Positions 46,286 through 55,698 of a stretch of 64,000 nucleotides of DNA are shown here, in pieces (within the stretch, counting starts at the first letter, position 1; every line of letters starts with the position of its first letter). The stretch is from a virus: the IMG/VR virus record IMGVR_UViG_3300028412_000004, positions 61,532 through 125,531 of that record, one strand, 5' to 3'. The translations under genes were made by a program, and so were the position numbers. Below the pieces are notes generated by a model, which saw only the letters and a list, made by a program, of their open reading frames with translations, was not told where the DNA came from and ran no database searches.

Positions 46286-48859
46286 ATGCATATTACAGAA
46301 ATTGAGCTAAAGGACTGGGGACCACACAAACACATACACGAGCACCTGTCAGATCCCGTCGTTGGGTTGCTAGGTCCCAATGGTAGTGGTAAGACTAATG
46401 TGTTGGAGGCGATCGAGTTTGCCTTCACTGGTTTGCTAAAAGAAAATCAAGAGACCTATGTCAGACACTTCGGAGAAGAGTTCGGAGCCAACAACGCTTC
46501 AGTGCGTATTTCATTCGTAAAGAACGGTATGCACGGGAATATATTTCGACAGGTAGGTAAAAGCAATAAACGAAAAATCACATGGGATAATCGCACAGAG
46601 AGATCTGATAAAGGTTGTAACGCGTTGATGGCTGAGATATTTGAAGCCGACCGGGAGGCTGTGGCCAACGCTGTCTTCATCAACCAGGGAAGTCTGGATA
46701 AGATGTTGTTCGGTAAACCTTCCGAGCGCTACGAACTCTTTGTCAAACTCATCCTTTTGGGTTACTTGGAAAAACGCTCGAAGCTGGTCGAATCTAAATA
46801 CATGGCTCTGTCTAATGGGTTGCAGGACTTCAGCATCCTAGCGGACGACCTAAATAGACAGGAGAGTGAGATTAATAACACCATCGCGGCTTTAGAAGGA
46901 GAGACCGCTCAGACAATCAACTGGAGCGAAGACATTAAGAAGTGGACTGCCTTCAAAGACTGTGAAGCGGACCTGTTGGAAACCGCCGGACAGGTGTCCC
47001 AACTTCGCGCGGATGTTTCTCAAACAGAGCGAAGCTTAAAACAATCGCTCAGCGAATTGGGTGAGTCTATTACTCTGGATACCCTGGAGGAGTCTGTGGA
47101 GGAGCTGCAGGTGCGGAAGGACGCTCTCAACAAAGAGCTGCTGGCAGTGCAAGATATGCGCCGTATTATGCAGGAGCATGCTTCTGCTTCCGAAGATGTC
47201 GCACGTTGTGATAAGCACCTTAATGAAACAGATGAGAGTCTGAAAGATGTTGTTGGTAAAATTGGAGACGACTCCTCTTCTAACAAAAAGAAACTGCTGG
47301 ATCTGGTAAAATCGCATACAGCGGTGGAGAGTGTGTTAGATTCTAAATCACAGGAGGCTCACACGCTCAGAGATACTCTGGAAAAAGCGGAAGCGGTCGA
47401 ACTGCCATTAACAGAGTGTGAAGTGGAGCAACTGCACAAGCGTCTGGAGACTCTTTCCGCGGAACTGGCAGAAGCTCGTATCCGTGCGAACCTGCTTGCA
47501 GAAGCTTCAAAGAGCGGGTTCGACTCCAAGGATAATTGCTGTCCTGTTTGTAAAAGTGCTGTTGGTGAGGATCTGTTGAGCGAGGACAACGTGTCCAAAG
47601 CCCACGACGAACACATGCGTAAAAAATCAGACGCGGATAAAATTTCTGCTGAGATTAGCGAGTACAACACCGCGGTCAAAAACAAGCACACTAGCGTAGA
47701 CAACGCCAGCAAAGATCTTACAAAGGTCACTAAAGAGATTCTAGCAGCTATCAAGGAGCAGAAGGAACTGGACACACGCCCGTCCGAAACTGCTGAAGAG
47801 TTACAGGAAAGAATCACAACCCTGGAGGGTCTCGAGCGTAGAAAGATTGTTCTGGAATCCGAGCTAGCAAACGCTGATCGCAACAAGCGTGTGGCGCAGA
47901 GTAAGCTGGACGCAATAAACCCAATCGATGTGGAGAAGTCTGGGCAAGTCTCAGAGGAAGCGGAAATCGCTCTACGGGAGGAGGTTGATAAAATAACCGC
48001 TAAACGGGACCTGCATAAGACCCAAGTCGGAAACATAAAACCAGTCAGCGACCTCCTTAAAAACAAGCGTGGAGCACTTGAGCACCAACAGAGCCTCCTA
48101 GTTAATCTAAGAAGTGAGTTAACCTCAGCGGTAGATGCTATACCAGCCAGAGTTCTTAAGATAGCAGAAAAACACCACAAAGTTATTCTCAAGGATATTA
48201 AAACCGAACATGTTGCCGAGTCCTCTAAAGATGAGGTGTTGTTGGTAACTCAAGACCTAGAGGATAAGCAAAATGCGTGGAACTCTCTACAGGGTAGCTT
48301 AAAACAGGCTCTACAAACTAAGGCTAGTATAACTGCGCGTCGTAAAGAAATGGAAGCATCTATGGAGGCAGATAAAAATAAGCGGAAGCTTATAGATAGC
48401 CTGAAGACCGTAAAGGAAATGCTTGGAAAGAACGGCATCATCACTGAGATTATCAATGATCGATACGCTCGCATCATCGAGCTCACACAAGACCACCTCA
48501 CGCGTCTGGACTCATCGTTCATGATTGAGCAGGACCCGGATAACCCAGTGTCTGTTAGGTTTTGGCGAGTGGATGATGATTCCGAATATGTCATGGCTCA
48601 GAATAAATTGTCTGGCGGACAGCGCGTCCGTTACACAGTCGCGTTTCTTCTAGCTGTACAACAGCTCATCATACCAGAGGTTGGCTTCCTCGTACTCGAC
48701 GAACCTTCAGTGCACGTAGACGAACCTGGGGTTGAGAGTATTAAAGAATTGTTGCTTAGCTTGGGAGACCAGTTAAGCAGCGCAGAGTCCCAGGTCATCG
48801 TATGCGACCATAACAAAGCTCTCGAACCAGCGTTCGGCGAAACCATACGCATTAAATAA
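46286..48859 (+). CDS. sbcC: Rad50/SbcC-like ATPase
   Basis: GPNGSGKT Walker A, long coiled coil with CPVC zinc hook, LSGGQ signature and LDEPS Walker B. Confidence 0.92.
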   Translation: MHITEIELKDWGPHKHIHEHLSDPVVGLLGPNGSGKTNVLEAIEFAFTGLLKENQETYVRHFGEEFGANNASVRISFVKNGMHGNIFRQVGKSNKRKITWDNRTERSDKGCNALMAEIFEADREAVANAVFINQGSLDKMLFGKPSERYELFVKLILLGYLEKRSKLVESKYMALSNGLQDFSILADDLNRQESEINNTIAALEGETAQTINWSEDIKKWTAFKDCEADLLETAGQVSQLRADVSQTERSLKQSLSELGESITLDTLEESVEELQVRKDALNKELLAVQDMRRIMQEHASASEDVARCDKHLNETDESLKDVVGKIGDDSSSNKKKLLDLVKSHTAVESVLDSKSQEAHTLRDTLEKAEAVELPLTECEVEQLHKRLETLSAELAEARIRANLLAEASKSGFDSKDNCCPVCKSAVGEDLLSEDNVSKAHDEHMRKKSDADKISAEISEYNTAVKNKHTSVDNASKDLTKVTKEILAAIKEQKELDTRPSETAEELQERITTLEGLERRKIVLESELANADRNKRVAQSKLDAINPIDVEKSGQVSEEAEIALREEVDKITAKRDLHKTQVGNIKPVSDLLKNKRGALEHQQSLLVNLRSELTSAVDAIPARVLKIAEKHHKVILKDIKTEHVAESSKDEVLLVTQDLEDKQNAWNSLQGSLKQALQTKASITARRKEMEASMEADKNKRKLIDSLKTVKEMLGKNGIITEIINDRYARIIELTQDHLTRLDSSFMIEQDPDNPVSVRFWRVDDDSEYVMAQNKLSGGQRVRYTVAFLLAVQQLIIPEVGFLVLDEPSVHVDEPGVESIKELLLSLGDQLSSAESQVIVCDHNKALEPAFGETIRIK

Positions 48860-48906
48860 ATCATCAGCTAGGAGGTCCGACCCCTCCTGCACAACCCACA
48901 CACAAT

Positions 48907-49044
48907 ATGCACGTAATAATACCAGGTTACGAATATCAACTACAGAATTTCGAAGCGGATCAAGACGATGGTGCGCTTCTATTCCAGAATCTTTATTTTA
49001 TCCGTCAGGGGGTAAGCGCCTATTCTAAGAATATTATTAGTTGA
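48907..49044 (+). CDS. 45-aa small ORF, possibly a truncated remnant
   Basis: MHVIIPGYEYQLQNFEAD... fills the intergenic gap after sbcC. Confidence 0.3.
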   Translation: MHVIIPGYEYQLQNFEADQDDGALLFQNLYFIRQGVSAYSKNIIS

Positions 49045-49074
49045 CTACGAGGTTGTGGGATACATTTTAAACCC

Positions 49075-49578
49075 ATGCTGCTCTGTGTTAAAATTAAGCT
49101 TAAGAAGCCTTTTCTCGGAAACTGTCGCACCACTGATAAAATCAGGCGCTTCGACAGATCTAAAGCGTTCAAACACAATATCCAGGTGGATATGCTGCGT
49201 TGGAATTGGACAATTGAAGAAGCAATATCAGCGTTGGAGTTGGATCTGGATCCCTCATCCATCAGGGTTAACCCGACATACTCGGCCCCTAAAATAGAAC
49301 TATTCGTGCGCCGATGGCGTGACGGTAAATCAGGTAAACAAAGAGAGGAAATGTTCGAGGCTATAAAAGCTGGAGCTGTTCTATCTTTCGAGGTGTTGGT
49401 GATAAATAATAAAGAGCCTGAAGGTAGTAATGCCGACGACACTTTCAAGAAACCTACAATAAAAGACCTCTATAAAATTCTCACCCTTGTGGGTGAGATT
49501 CTAGGACTCAGCCCTTGGGGCAGTAAATTCGGCTACGGTCGTTTTGAAGTGCTTTCCATTGAGCCTGTAAAAAAGTAA
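49075..49578 (+). CDS. Stand-alone RAMP-fold (Cas7/Csm3- or Cas6-like) protein
   Basis: N-terminal VKIKLKKPFLG strand, EAIKAGAVLSFEV, and a C-terminal glycine loop GLSPWGSKFGYGRFEV. Confidence 0.55.
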   Translation: MLLCVKIKLKKPFLGNCRTTDKIRRFDRSKAFKHNIQVDMLRWNWTIEEAISALELDLDPSSIRVNPTYSAPKIELFVRRWRDGKSGKQREEMFEAIKAGAVLSFEVLVINNKEPEGSNADDTFKKPTIKDLYKILTLVGEILGLSPWGSKFGYGRFEVLSIEPVKK

Positions 49579-49628
49579 ACAGCCTCTCGGGGATTCCCGT
49601 GCTGTGCTGTCTTCAGTTATAAAGTATT

Positions 49629-51125
49629 ATGAGTAATATACCGCTACCCGGGTTCGGGACTAAGCCGGTGAGCGTCCTGTGGGATGACACCATTCTATCT
49701 ATAGTAAATCCTTTTTCTGCGTTAGAAAAGACGATGTGCATCTACGAAAAGCGCATGGTTGCCAACGAAGAATCACCATGGATTAGAGACATAAAACGAA
49801 CTAGGAGAGATCTGTTTAATGTGATCTCTGAAAGTTCTCCCAGGGTACTTCAGACCTATCACGGACTCCTCGAGCATGTGAAAGAGGTCTGTGCCCAACA
49901 CGGAGTCCCGTGCAAAGTTTACGACAAGCGTTTAGAATTTGCTAAACCACAGTATTCCCTTATGCACGGTTTCCGGTTCAGTCAGGAGGAGCTGCTTATA
50001 CAAGGGTTGGTGCAGAATAAGAGCGGCTTGATAGGCGCGCCGACGAGGTTTGGTAAGACAGCGCTACTGATTAACACAGCGCGAGCATACCCAGGCCTGG
50101 TGACTGTCATCACACAACCGGGAGCCGATCTCACCTCTCAGATGTATGAGGCCGTCAAAAAATGCTTCCCCCATCGAAAAGTGGCTAAGATAGGCGCTGG
50201 ATCCAAACAGAAGTTCTGCGAAGATTTGAACGTGGTGTCTATGGACTCGCTCGACAAGTGTGACTTTGGTCGTACGGAGTTGATCCTGATTGATGAACCT
50301 CATGCCTTGGTTACAGACAAAAGGCTTGGCTTTATTAACCAGTTCACCAAAGCACGTAGGATAGGTTTCGGCGCTACGTTGAAAGGTCGTTTCGACGGTC
50401 GTGATAAATTAATCGAGGCGGTGGTAGGGCCGGTGCTCGCCGAGCGTACATACACAGAAGCTGTAGCGGAAGGTGCGATCTGTCCGCTTGTAGTGTTCTG
50501 TTTGAGAATAAACATACCTTGGAGCGAAACATGTGGAACGCGCGACGCGGCTTACAATCGGTATCTGTTTAAGAGCTCCGAGATGGCTGCTCTTACTGCC
50601 AGAATCTGTCATGAGGTGTTTCCAAAGGATTGGCAGACTCTGGTATTCATTAAGCACGAGAAACAGGCTGAGCTCTACAAAGAAGCAATGGGAAAGGACG
50701 GCACAATCGCAATGGCGAAGCGGCTGACCAAGAAAGAGAGAGATCACCTCTTTGAGTTAATGCAGGCAGATAAGGTGAAGCGTTGCCTAGCCTCCAACAT
50801 TTACGCGCAAGGGGTGACCTTCAGCCAGATTAGGGCTATTATAAATTGCGAGGGCGGAGGCGATAATACGACCGCCATCCAAAAACCTGGACGCCTGGCT
50901 GAGATCATCGAAGGTAAGAAAATCGGGGTGATTGTAGACTACCTCTTCGACTGCCCGGAAGTAGCCCTCAAAGAGTTAACCAGAGATGATTATGATAACC
51001 GGGAGTGGTTGAATATTGTGCGTGACAGTCGTAACCGCATTAAAGCCTATAAGGCTAAAGGTTATGAAATTGTTGAGTGTGAAAATACAACCGAGTTAGC
51101 GGAAGAAATTAATAAGCGAGTGTGA
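49629..51125 (+). CDS. Superfamily 2 DNA helicase (UvsW-like)
   Basis: APTRFGKT, LIDEPH, FGAT and QKPGR helicase motifs. Confidence 0.85.
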   Translation: MSNIPLPGFGTKPVSVLWDDTILSIVNPFSALEKTMCIYEKRMVANEESPWIRDIKRTRRDLFNVISESSPRVLQTYHGLLEHVKEVCAQHGVPCKVYDKRLEFAKPQYSLMHGFRFSQEELLIQGLVQNKSGLIGAPTRFGKTALLINTARAYPGLVTVITQPGADLTSQMYEAVKKCFPHRKVAKIGAGSKQKFCEDLNVVSMDSLDKCDFGRTELILIDEPHALVTDKRLGFINQFTKARRIGFGATLKGRFDGRDKLIEAVVGPVLAERTYTEAVAEGAICPLVVFCLRINIPWSETCGTRDAAYNRYLFKSSEMAALTARICHEVFPKDWQTLVFIKHEKQAELYKEAMGKDGTIAMAKRLTKKERDHLFELMQADKVKRCLASNIYAQGVTFSQIRAIINCEGGGDNTTAIQKPGRLAEIIEGKKIGVIVDYLFDCPEVALKELTRDDYDNREWLNIVRDSRNRIKAYKAKGYEIVECENTTELAEEINKRV

Positions 51126-51129
51126 TAGT

Positions 51130-51780
51130 ATGGATAATTTAACAGATACAGAGTTAGTTTACATAGGTAGACAGGTTAGAGATACATTCGTCGAGATTGT
51201 TTTCGAAGAGCGTAAGGCTAAGCATAAAAGTCCCAAAAGACCTAACATAAGTGGAATGCTTAACACGCCTGAGTTCTTAAAAAAGATAGGGCGTATTGTT
51301 GCGCAACACGAGCAGGATCCTGTTCGGTTTGCAGCAACCGTAAGAAGAGTTTTACTTAGGAATAATAATAAATTCTACTTCAACATGTACGGCTCGCCTG
51401 CTACGGTGGCGCGTGCTCTGAAGGAAGCTGAATACGAGTTCGAAGTAGTTAACACACACTTCAAGCGAGGGGCGACTTCCGATGACGTAGCAACTAAGGA
51501 ACTACCTGCAGAGTTAGAGTTAGTAAGCCGTATCTCTGTTTTGAAAACGTTCCTTTATCTCAGGAATAAAACGACAGATTTGTCGGACGAAAATATAAAA
51601 GTAATGTCCAGTTCCTTGATGGATTTAGACTCGCTGGCTTGTCTGATTCTTTCTAGAGGAGAGAGCGAATCAATACGGGAGCTACACTACACTAGTGCTA
51701 GCTACGAACTATCCACACGCCCAGACATATTAGCCGCTGTGAAGAAATTAAAACTTAACTGGAAAGGATTACTAGACTGA
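51130..51780 (+). CDS. Hypothetical protein
   Basis: 216-aa ORF between the SF2 helicase and DnaB. Confidence 0.6.
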   Translation: MDNLTDTELVYIGRQVRDTFVEIVFEERKAKHKSPKRPNISGMLNTPEFLKKIGRIVAQHEQDPVRFAATVRRVLLRNNNKFYFNMYGSPATVARALKEAEYEFEVVNTHFKRGATSDDVATKELPAELELVSRISVLKTFLYLRNKTTDLSDENIKVMSSSLMDLDSLACLILSRGESESIRELHYTSASYELSTRPDILAAVKKLKLNWKGLLD

Positions 51781-52036
51781 CATGACACCTGAGATAAAGA
51801 AAATTATAGAGAATCAAGGAGCTACTTGTCTGGGCGAAGGTACTCCTGTAGTCATGCATAACGGAAGTATTAAGAAAGTTGAGGATGTTGTGTGCGGCGA
51901 CTTACTAATGGGTCCTGACAGCAAGCCTAGAAGAGTGATTAGCCGCTGTGAAGAAATTAAAACTTAACTGGAAAGGATTACTAGACTGACATGACACCTG
52001 AGATAAAGAAAATTATAGAGAATCAAGGAGCTACTT
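51729..52036 (+). repeat. 99-bp direct repeat flanking a 111-bp exact copy of the dnaB intein 5' end
   Basis: 51729-51827 equals 51938-52036; 51827-51937 equals 52723-52833. Confidence 0.95.
51782..51967 (+). pseudogene. Chimeric mini-ORF: DnaB residues 1-15 fused in frame to intein residues 1-37
   Basis: MTPEIKKIIENQGAT + CLGEG...PRRV + ISRCEEIKT, created by the duplication. Confidence 0.6.
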
Positions 52037-54291
52037 TCGAGCAGCTACTTCTGTGCTTGATTTATTTTAATAGAGAATTCTACGATAAACATTGTAAGTA
52101 TCTGTGCAAAGCTATTACACCTCCTCAAGAAATGTCTTCTGGTAAAGGCGGGGTTTTTAAATCTGAGGGCGAGGTTAGATTTATTGATGACTTCACAGTG
52201 CCTCAACACAACGCGCTGTTCCATGTGATCGACACGTACTACAGGCAGATAAGCACCTCCAGGCTGAAGACGTCTCCTATTAACGCAGACGTATTTAAAA
52301 TTCTCTTAAGGAACTGTGCCATCGAATCTGATAAAGGAATTAACGAGGACGAGCTTGAAGAAGTATCCGCAATGATGGCGGACATTGTAGAAATGCAGGA
52401 GAATGATATTCTCCTCGCGCTAGTTGCAGAAGGATTTTCATACTGGTTCAAACGCCAACGCGTAGCGCGGCTAACAAATGAAGTGGGGCTGCGCGACGAC
52501 TGGAACCCGGACGATATTCAGAATGAACTTACACACTTCAACCGGGTAGTTGTTGGAAGCACTGACGATATTAAAACCCAATACTTCGGGGAGGGTATTG
52601 ATACGATTCGTAGAATTGTCGATCGCTACCCTACCGGTATTCAATCAGTCGACACTATGCTAGGTGGAGGAGTAGCCAAGAAAGAGCACATGCTTGTAAT
52701 CGCCCCAACTGGTTGTGGTAAATGTCTGGGCGAAGGTACTCCTGTAGTCATGCATAACGGAAGTATTAAGAAAGTTGAGGATGTTGTGTGCGGCGACTTA
52801 CTAATGGGTCCTGACAGCAAGCCTAGAAGAGTGGCTTCGTTGGTTAAAGGTCGTGAGATGTTATACGATGTAAACCAGACAGAAGCAGATGATTACGTGG
52901 TGAACGAGTCACATATCCTGAGCCTTAAAACAAATGTGTCGGACGATGTTTGCAACATCTCTGTTGTGGAATATTTGCAGAAATCCGACGCAGATAGAAA
53001 ATCGTTTAAAGGCTGGATGCCAGAGGGCGGGGTAGAATTTGAAGCTGTTGAGCGTGCATCACGGCTTCAACCTTATAAATTAGGTGCATGGCTGGGATTA
53101 ATACAGAAGAACGATTTCTTTAACCTAACACTAGATGGGAATATCCTGCGAGACAAATACATCCCGGAGGTGTTCCTAAAGGCCGCTAGAAGCGTCCGAT
53201 TAGAGGTTCTGGCCGGGCTGTTAGATGCCGGTGGTTCTTATAACCAACAAGGTGTTTACGAGATCGACTTAGAAGGTAGTAGACTCGTAAGCGATATTAA
53301 ACGACTGGCCAGGTCTTGCGGGTTCTGTGTGACACAGAGTGCGTCTGGAGAACTCAACGGGTCTCAACACACTCGGTTTAGGATAACAGGCCTTGTGAGT
53401 GATATTCCGTGTATGCTACCAGGTAAGGTGGTAACAGCTGGCACCTGTCAGCGTTCTCACATGTGGGATATTACTGTAACTCCGAAAGGTGTAGGCGATT
53501 ACTACGGTTTCACCCTGGAAGGTCCTGATAGATTGTTTCTGTTGGGGGATTACACCGTCACGCATAACACAGTCATGGCGACGCAGCTTGGGTCCAGCTT
53601 TGGGTTGTCTAAACTAAAAGGGATGATTATCACAACCGAGGAGGATGCGGAAGCTCTCGAGCTGCGTATCATATCTGCGCGCTGCGGTATACCCTTCAAG
53701 ATGATCAAGGACGGGCTCGACCGCAGCAAGCTCACACCAGATCAATGCAACCGCGTAGACGAGCTTAGGGCGAACCTAGACGGGTATCTGTTCATAAGGG
53801 AGTGGTCTGTCAACAGTGACGCTAAGAGCTTCACAGAGGAATTGAGAGCAATCTGCGAGAATTTCGTAGACGAGCATGGAACTCTGGACTTCATCATATT
53901 CGACTGGATTGGAGGTGCTTTAACCAAAGACATCTCTAATAATCCGAACATGGTGAGAATCATTTACCAACTCGCCGCGGACTTTATGGCAGACTATGCT
54001 AAAGAGGCTAATATCGCAACCATATCATTCGCGCAAGCGCATCCTACACAATCACTTAACAAACTCAAAGTAGACAATACGACGATATCAGAATGTAAGA
54101 CAATGGGTAACAAAGCCTCATACATGGTGGGTATAACTGCAATGTTTGCTGGGGAAGAAGAAGACGCCACGTTCTCGGACGATCAGTGGTTGTACTTCTC
54201 TAAAGGACGAAAGATCAAAAACATGAAAATACCTATAACCCGTAAATTCGACTTCCAGAAGTTCGAAGACCGGGGAAGGGTGAGGCGGTAG
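51991..54291 (+). CDS. dnaB: Replicative DnaB-like helicase with intein
   Basis: Walker A APTGCGK|T split by the intein, IIFDWIG Walker B, SFAQ, KGR arginine finger. Confidence 0.88.
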   Translation: MTPEIKKIIENQGATFEQLLLCLIYFNREFYDKHCKYLCKAITPPQEMSSGKGGVFKSEGEVRFIDDFTVPQHNALFHVIDTYYRQISTSRLKTSPINADVFKILLRNCAIESDKGINEDELEEVSAMMADIVEMQENDILLALVAEGFSYWFKRQRVARLTNEVGLRDDWNPDDIQNELTHFNRVVVGSTDDIKTQYFGEGIDTIRRIVDRYPTGIQSVDTMLGGGVAKKEHMLVIAPTGCGKCLGEGTPVVMHNGSIKKVEDVVCGDLLMGPDSKPRRVASLVKGREMLYDVNQTEADDYVVNESHILSLKTNVSDDVCNISVVEYLQKSDADRKSFKGWMPEGGVEFEAVERASRLQPYKLGAWLGLIQKNDFFNLTLDGNILRDKYIPEVFLKAARSVRLEVLAGLLDAGGSYNQQGVYEIDLEGSRLVSDIKRLARSCGFCVTQSASGELNGSQHTRFRITGLVSDIPCMLPGKVVTAGTCQRSHMWDITVTPKGVGDYYGFTLEGPDRLFLLGDYTVTHNTVMATQLGSSFGLSKLKGMIITTEEDAEALELRIISARCGIPFKMIKDGLDRSKLTPDQCNRVDELRANLDGYLFIREWSVNSDAKSFTEELRAICENFVDEHGTLDFIIFDWIGGALTKDISNNPNMVRIIYQLAADFMADYAKEANIATISFAQAHPTQSLNKLKVDNTTISECKTMGNKASYMVGITAMFAGEEEDATFSDDQWLYFSKGRKIKNMKIPITRKFDFQKFEDRGRVRR
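52723..53568 (+). mobile_element. Intein (282 aa) in the DnaB P-loop with a degenerate LAGLIDADG domain
   Basis: CLGEGTPV...NESH...YYGFTL..THN, +1 Thr. Endonuclease motifs are eroded (PYKLGAWLG lacking DG; LAGLLDAGG). Confidence 0.92.
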
Positions 54292-54321
54292 TTTAGTCGA
54301 AGCCTCCGGCATTAATCGAAT

Positions 54322-55695
54322 ATGAGTAATAAATTCTTACCTTTAAGGTATGATGATACCTATGTCCTTATAGGAGATATGTTAGCCACACTCATATTCG
54401 AAGCCATCGATTATGAGACAAGGGGGCTACCTGAAGTAGGAAAGCTCGTGGAGCAAGAAAACGAGTTCCACAAGCTGGAAATAAATCCAACAGTCAGCGA
54501 TATGACCTACGGATGGATTCCAACGTCAGCCAGAGTTCTGGTCGGAAAATACTTCAAAAAAGAAAGTATTAGAACAGTAGAGAGAAAATTAAATGCATTA
54601 ACCCGAGAAAAATTCCTACTAAAACGCGCCGGGGTGAGGTGTGGTAGCGAAGGAGGAAGACCCCCCAGTTTGTATAGAATTAACATCAGAAAATACATGC
54701 AAGATTTGGCGGATTTAGAGCCGAGTGTCAAACACCAAACGTGGTGTAAACTTGGTTTATTAAGTCCTTCAGACCTGCTTAAAAAAGAGGGTACTTCACG
54801 ACAAATTGACGCTAACACTTCACGACAAATTGTCGGGACTTCACGACAAATTGTCGCGACTTCACGACAAATTGACGCTTCGCATATATATAAAAAGAAG
54901 AGAAGAAGAGAAGAAGGCTTTTCTCTCTCTTTTTCTAAAGCTTCTGAAACGCAGAAAACAGAGAACTTATCTCCAGAGAATGATGCTTTAAAACTCTCGT
55001 TCAGAAAACTTAACCCTGAATGGAACCCGGCAGTCTGGAACCCAACAACGAGAGCTAAGTTCGACAGGATATCCGACAGATACCCGGAACTCCAAGAGTG
55101 GATTTTCATGCTGAAAAACATGGAGTTTTATTTTAGGCGGGAATTTATTAAAAAAGACTTGCCAAGCACTTTGGAGTTGATCAACTTCAACCTCGTCAAG
55201 TCGAAGAAAGCCATTTTGGAATACTTCGAGTTGGAACGAAAAGAGCTAAAAGCTAGAAAATTAATAGAAGAAGAAAGTAATGAAAACGGAGATTATGGCG
55301 TATGGACGCAACTTAGAGGTTTAGCAAAAATCCAGATAAAGAAATCGATAGTAAGGCATGAAGGAGACGTTGAATTTTACACTCTGAACAAAGGTACCGT
55401 AGACTCGAAGAGCATACTGTTGGAACTGATTGCAGAGGAGAAATTATCAATAGACGAAAACTTCAGAAAAATACTTATTAGCGGCGTCAAAATAGAACTG
55501 GAAAGATCTAAAAACCTGTTGCGTCTTTGCCGGAAGAAATCACTAGAAGAATTAAAAATTTATGGGCTGCGGTCTGAGGATTTAGATTTTGCGGAAACCT
55601 ACCTTTACGAGGCTGGTGAAAGTGTTTATCGCTGTATTCTAGCTGCCCAAAGTATTCCAGAGCCGAGAAACAAAAAAATGAGATGTGAGATATGA
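54322..55695 (+). CDS. Replication initiator-like protein (N-terminal HTH, internal iteron-coded repeats)
   Basis: HTH-like SIRTVERKLNAL, (TSRQI)x4 encoded by DNA repeats, A-rich composition; lies between dnaB and primase. Confidence 0.6.
   Translation: MSNKFLPLRYDDTYVLIGDMLATLIFEAIDYETRGLPEVGKLVEQENEFHKLEINPTVSDMTYGWIPTSARVLVGKYFKKESIRTVERKLNALTREKFLLKRAGVRCGSEGGRPPSLYRINIRKYMQDLADLEPSVKHQTWCKLGLLSPSDLLKKEGTSRQIDANTSRQIVGTSRQIVATSRQIDASHIYKKKRRREEGFSLSFSKASETQKTENLSPENDALKLSFRKLNPEWNPAVWNPTTRAKFDRISDRYPELQEWIFMLKNMEFYFRREFIKKDLPSTLELINFNLVKSKKAILEYFELERKELKARKLIEEESNENGDYGVWTQLRGLAKIQIKKSIVRHEGDVEFYTLNKGTVDSKSILLELIAEEKLSIDENFRKILISGVKIELERSKNLLRLCRKKSLEELKIYGLRSEDLDFAETYLYEAGESVYRCILAAQSIPEPRNKKMRCEI
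54793..54938. promoter_or_regulatory. Putative replication origin: four 16-bp iterons plus an AT/purine-rich unwinding tract
   Basis: ACTTCACGACAAATTG at 54793, 54817, 54838 and 54859 (spacing 24, 21, 21), followed by CATATATATAAAAAGAAGAGAAGAAGAGAAG and a pyrimidine run. Confidence 0.6.
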
Positions 55696-55698
55696 GAT

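Noticed and set aside
47359-48192. 277-aa antisense ORF within sbcC, and similar long antisense ORFs (14608-15246, 54507-55121)
   Set aside because: Shadows of biased coding sequence or repeats on the opposite strand, with no recognisable motifs.
48870-48888. AGGAGG/CCTCCT hairpin as a terminator or CRISPR repeat
   Set aside because: No U-tract on either strand, and it occurs only once.
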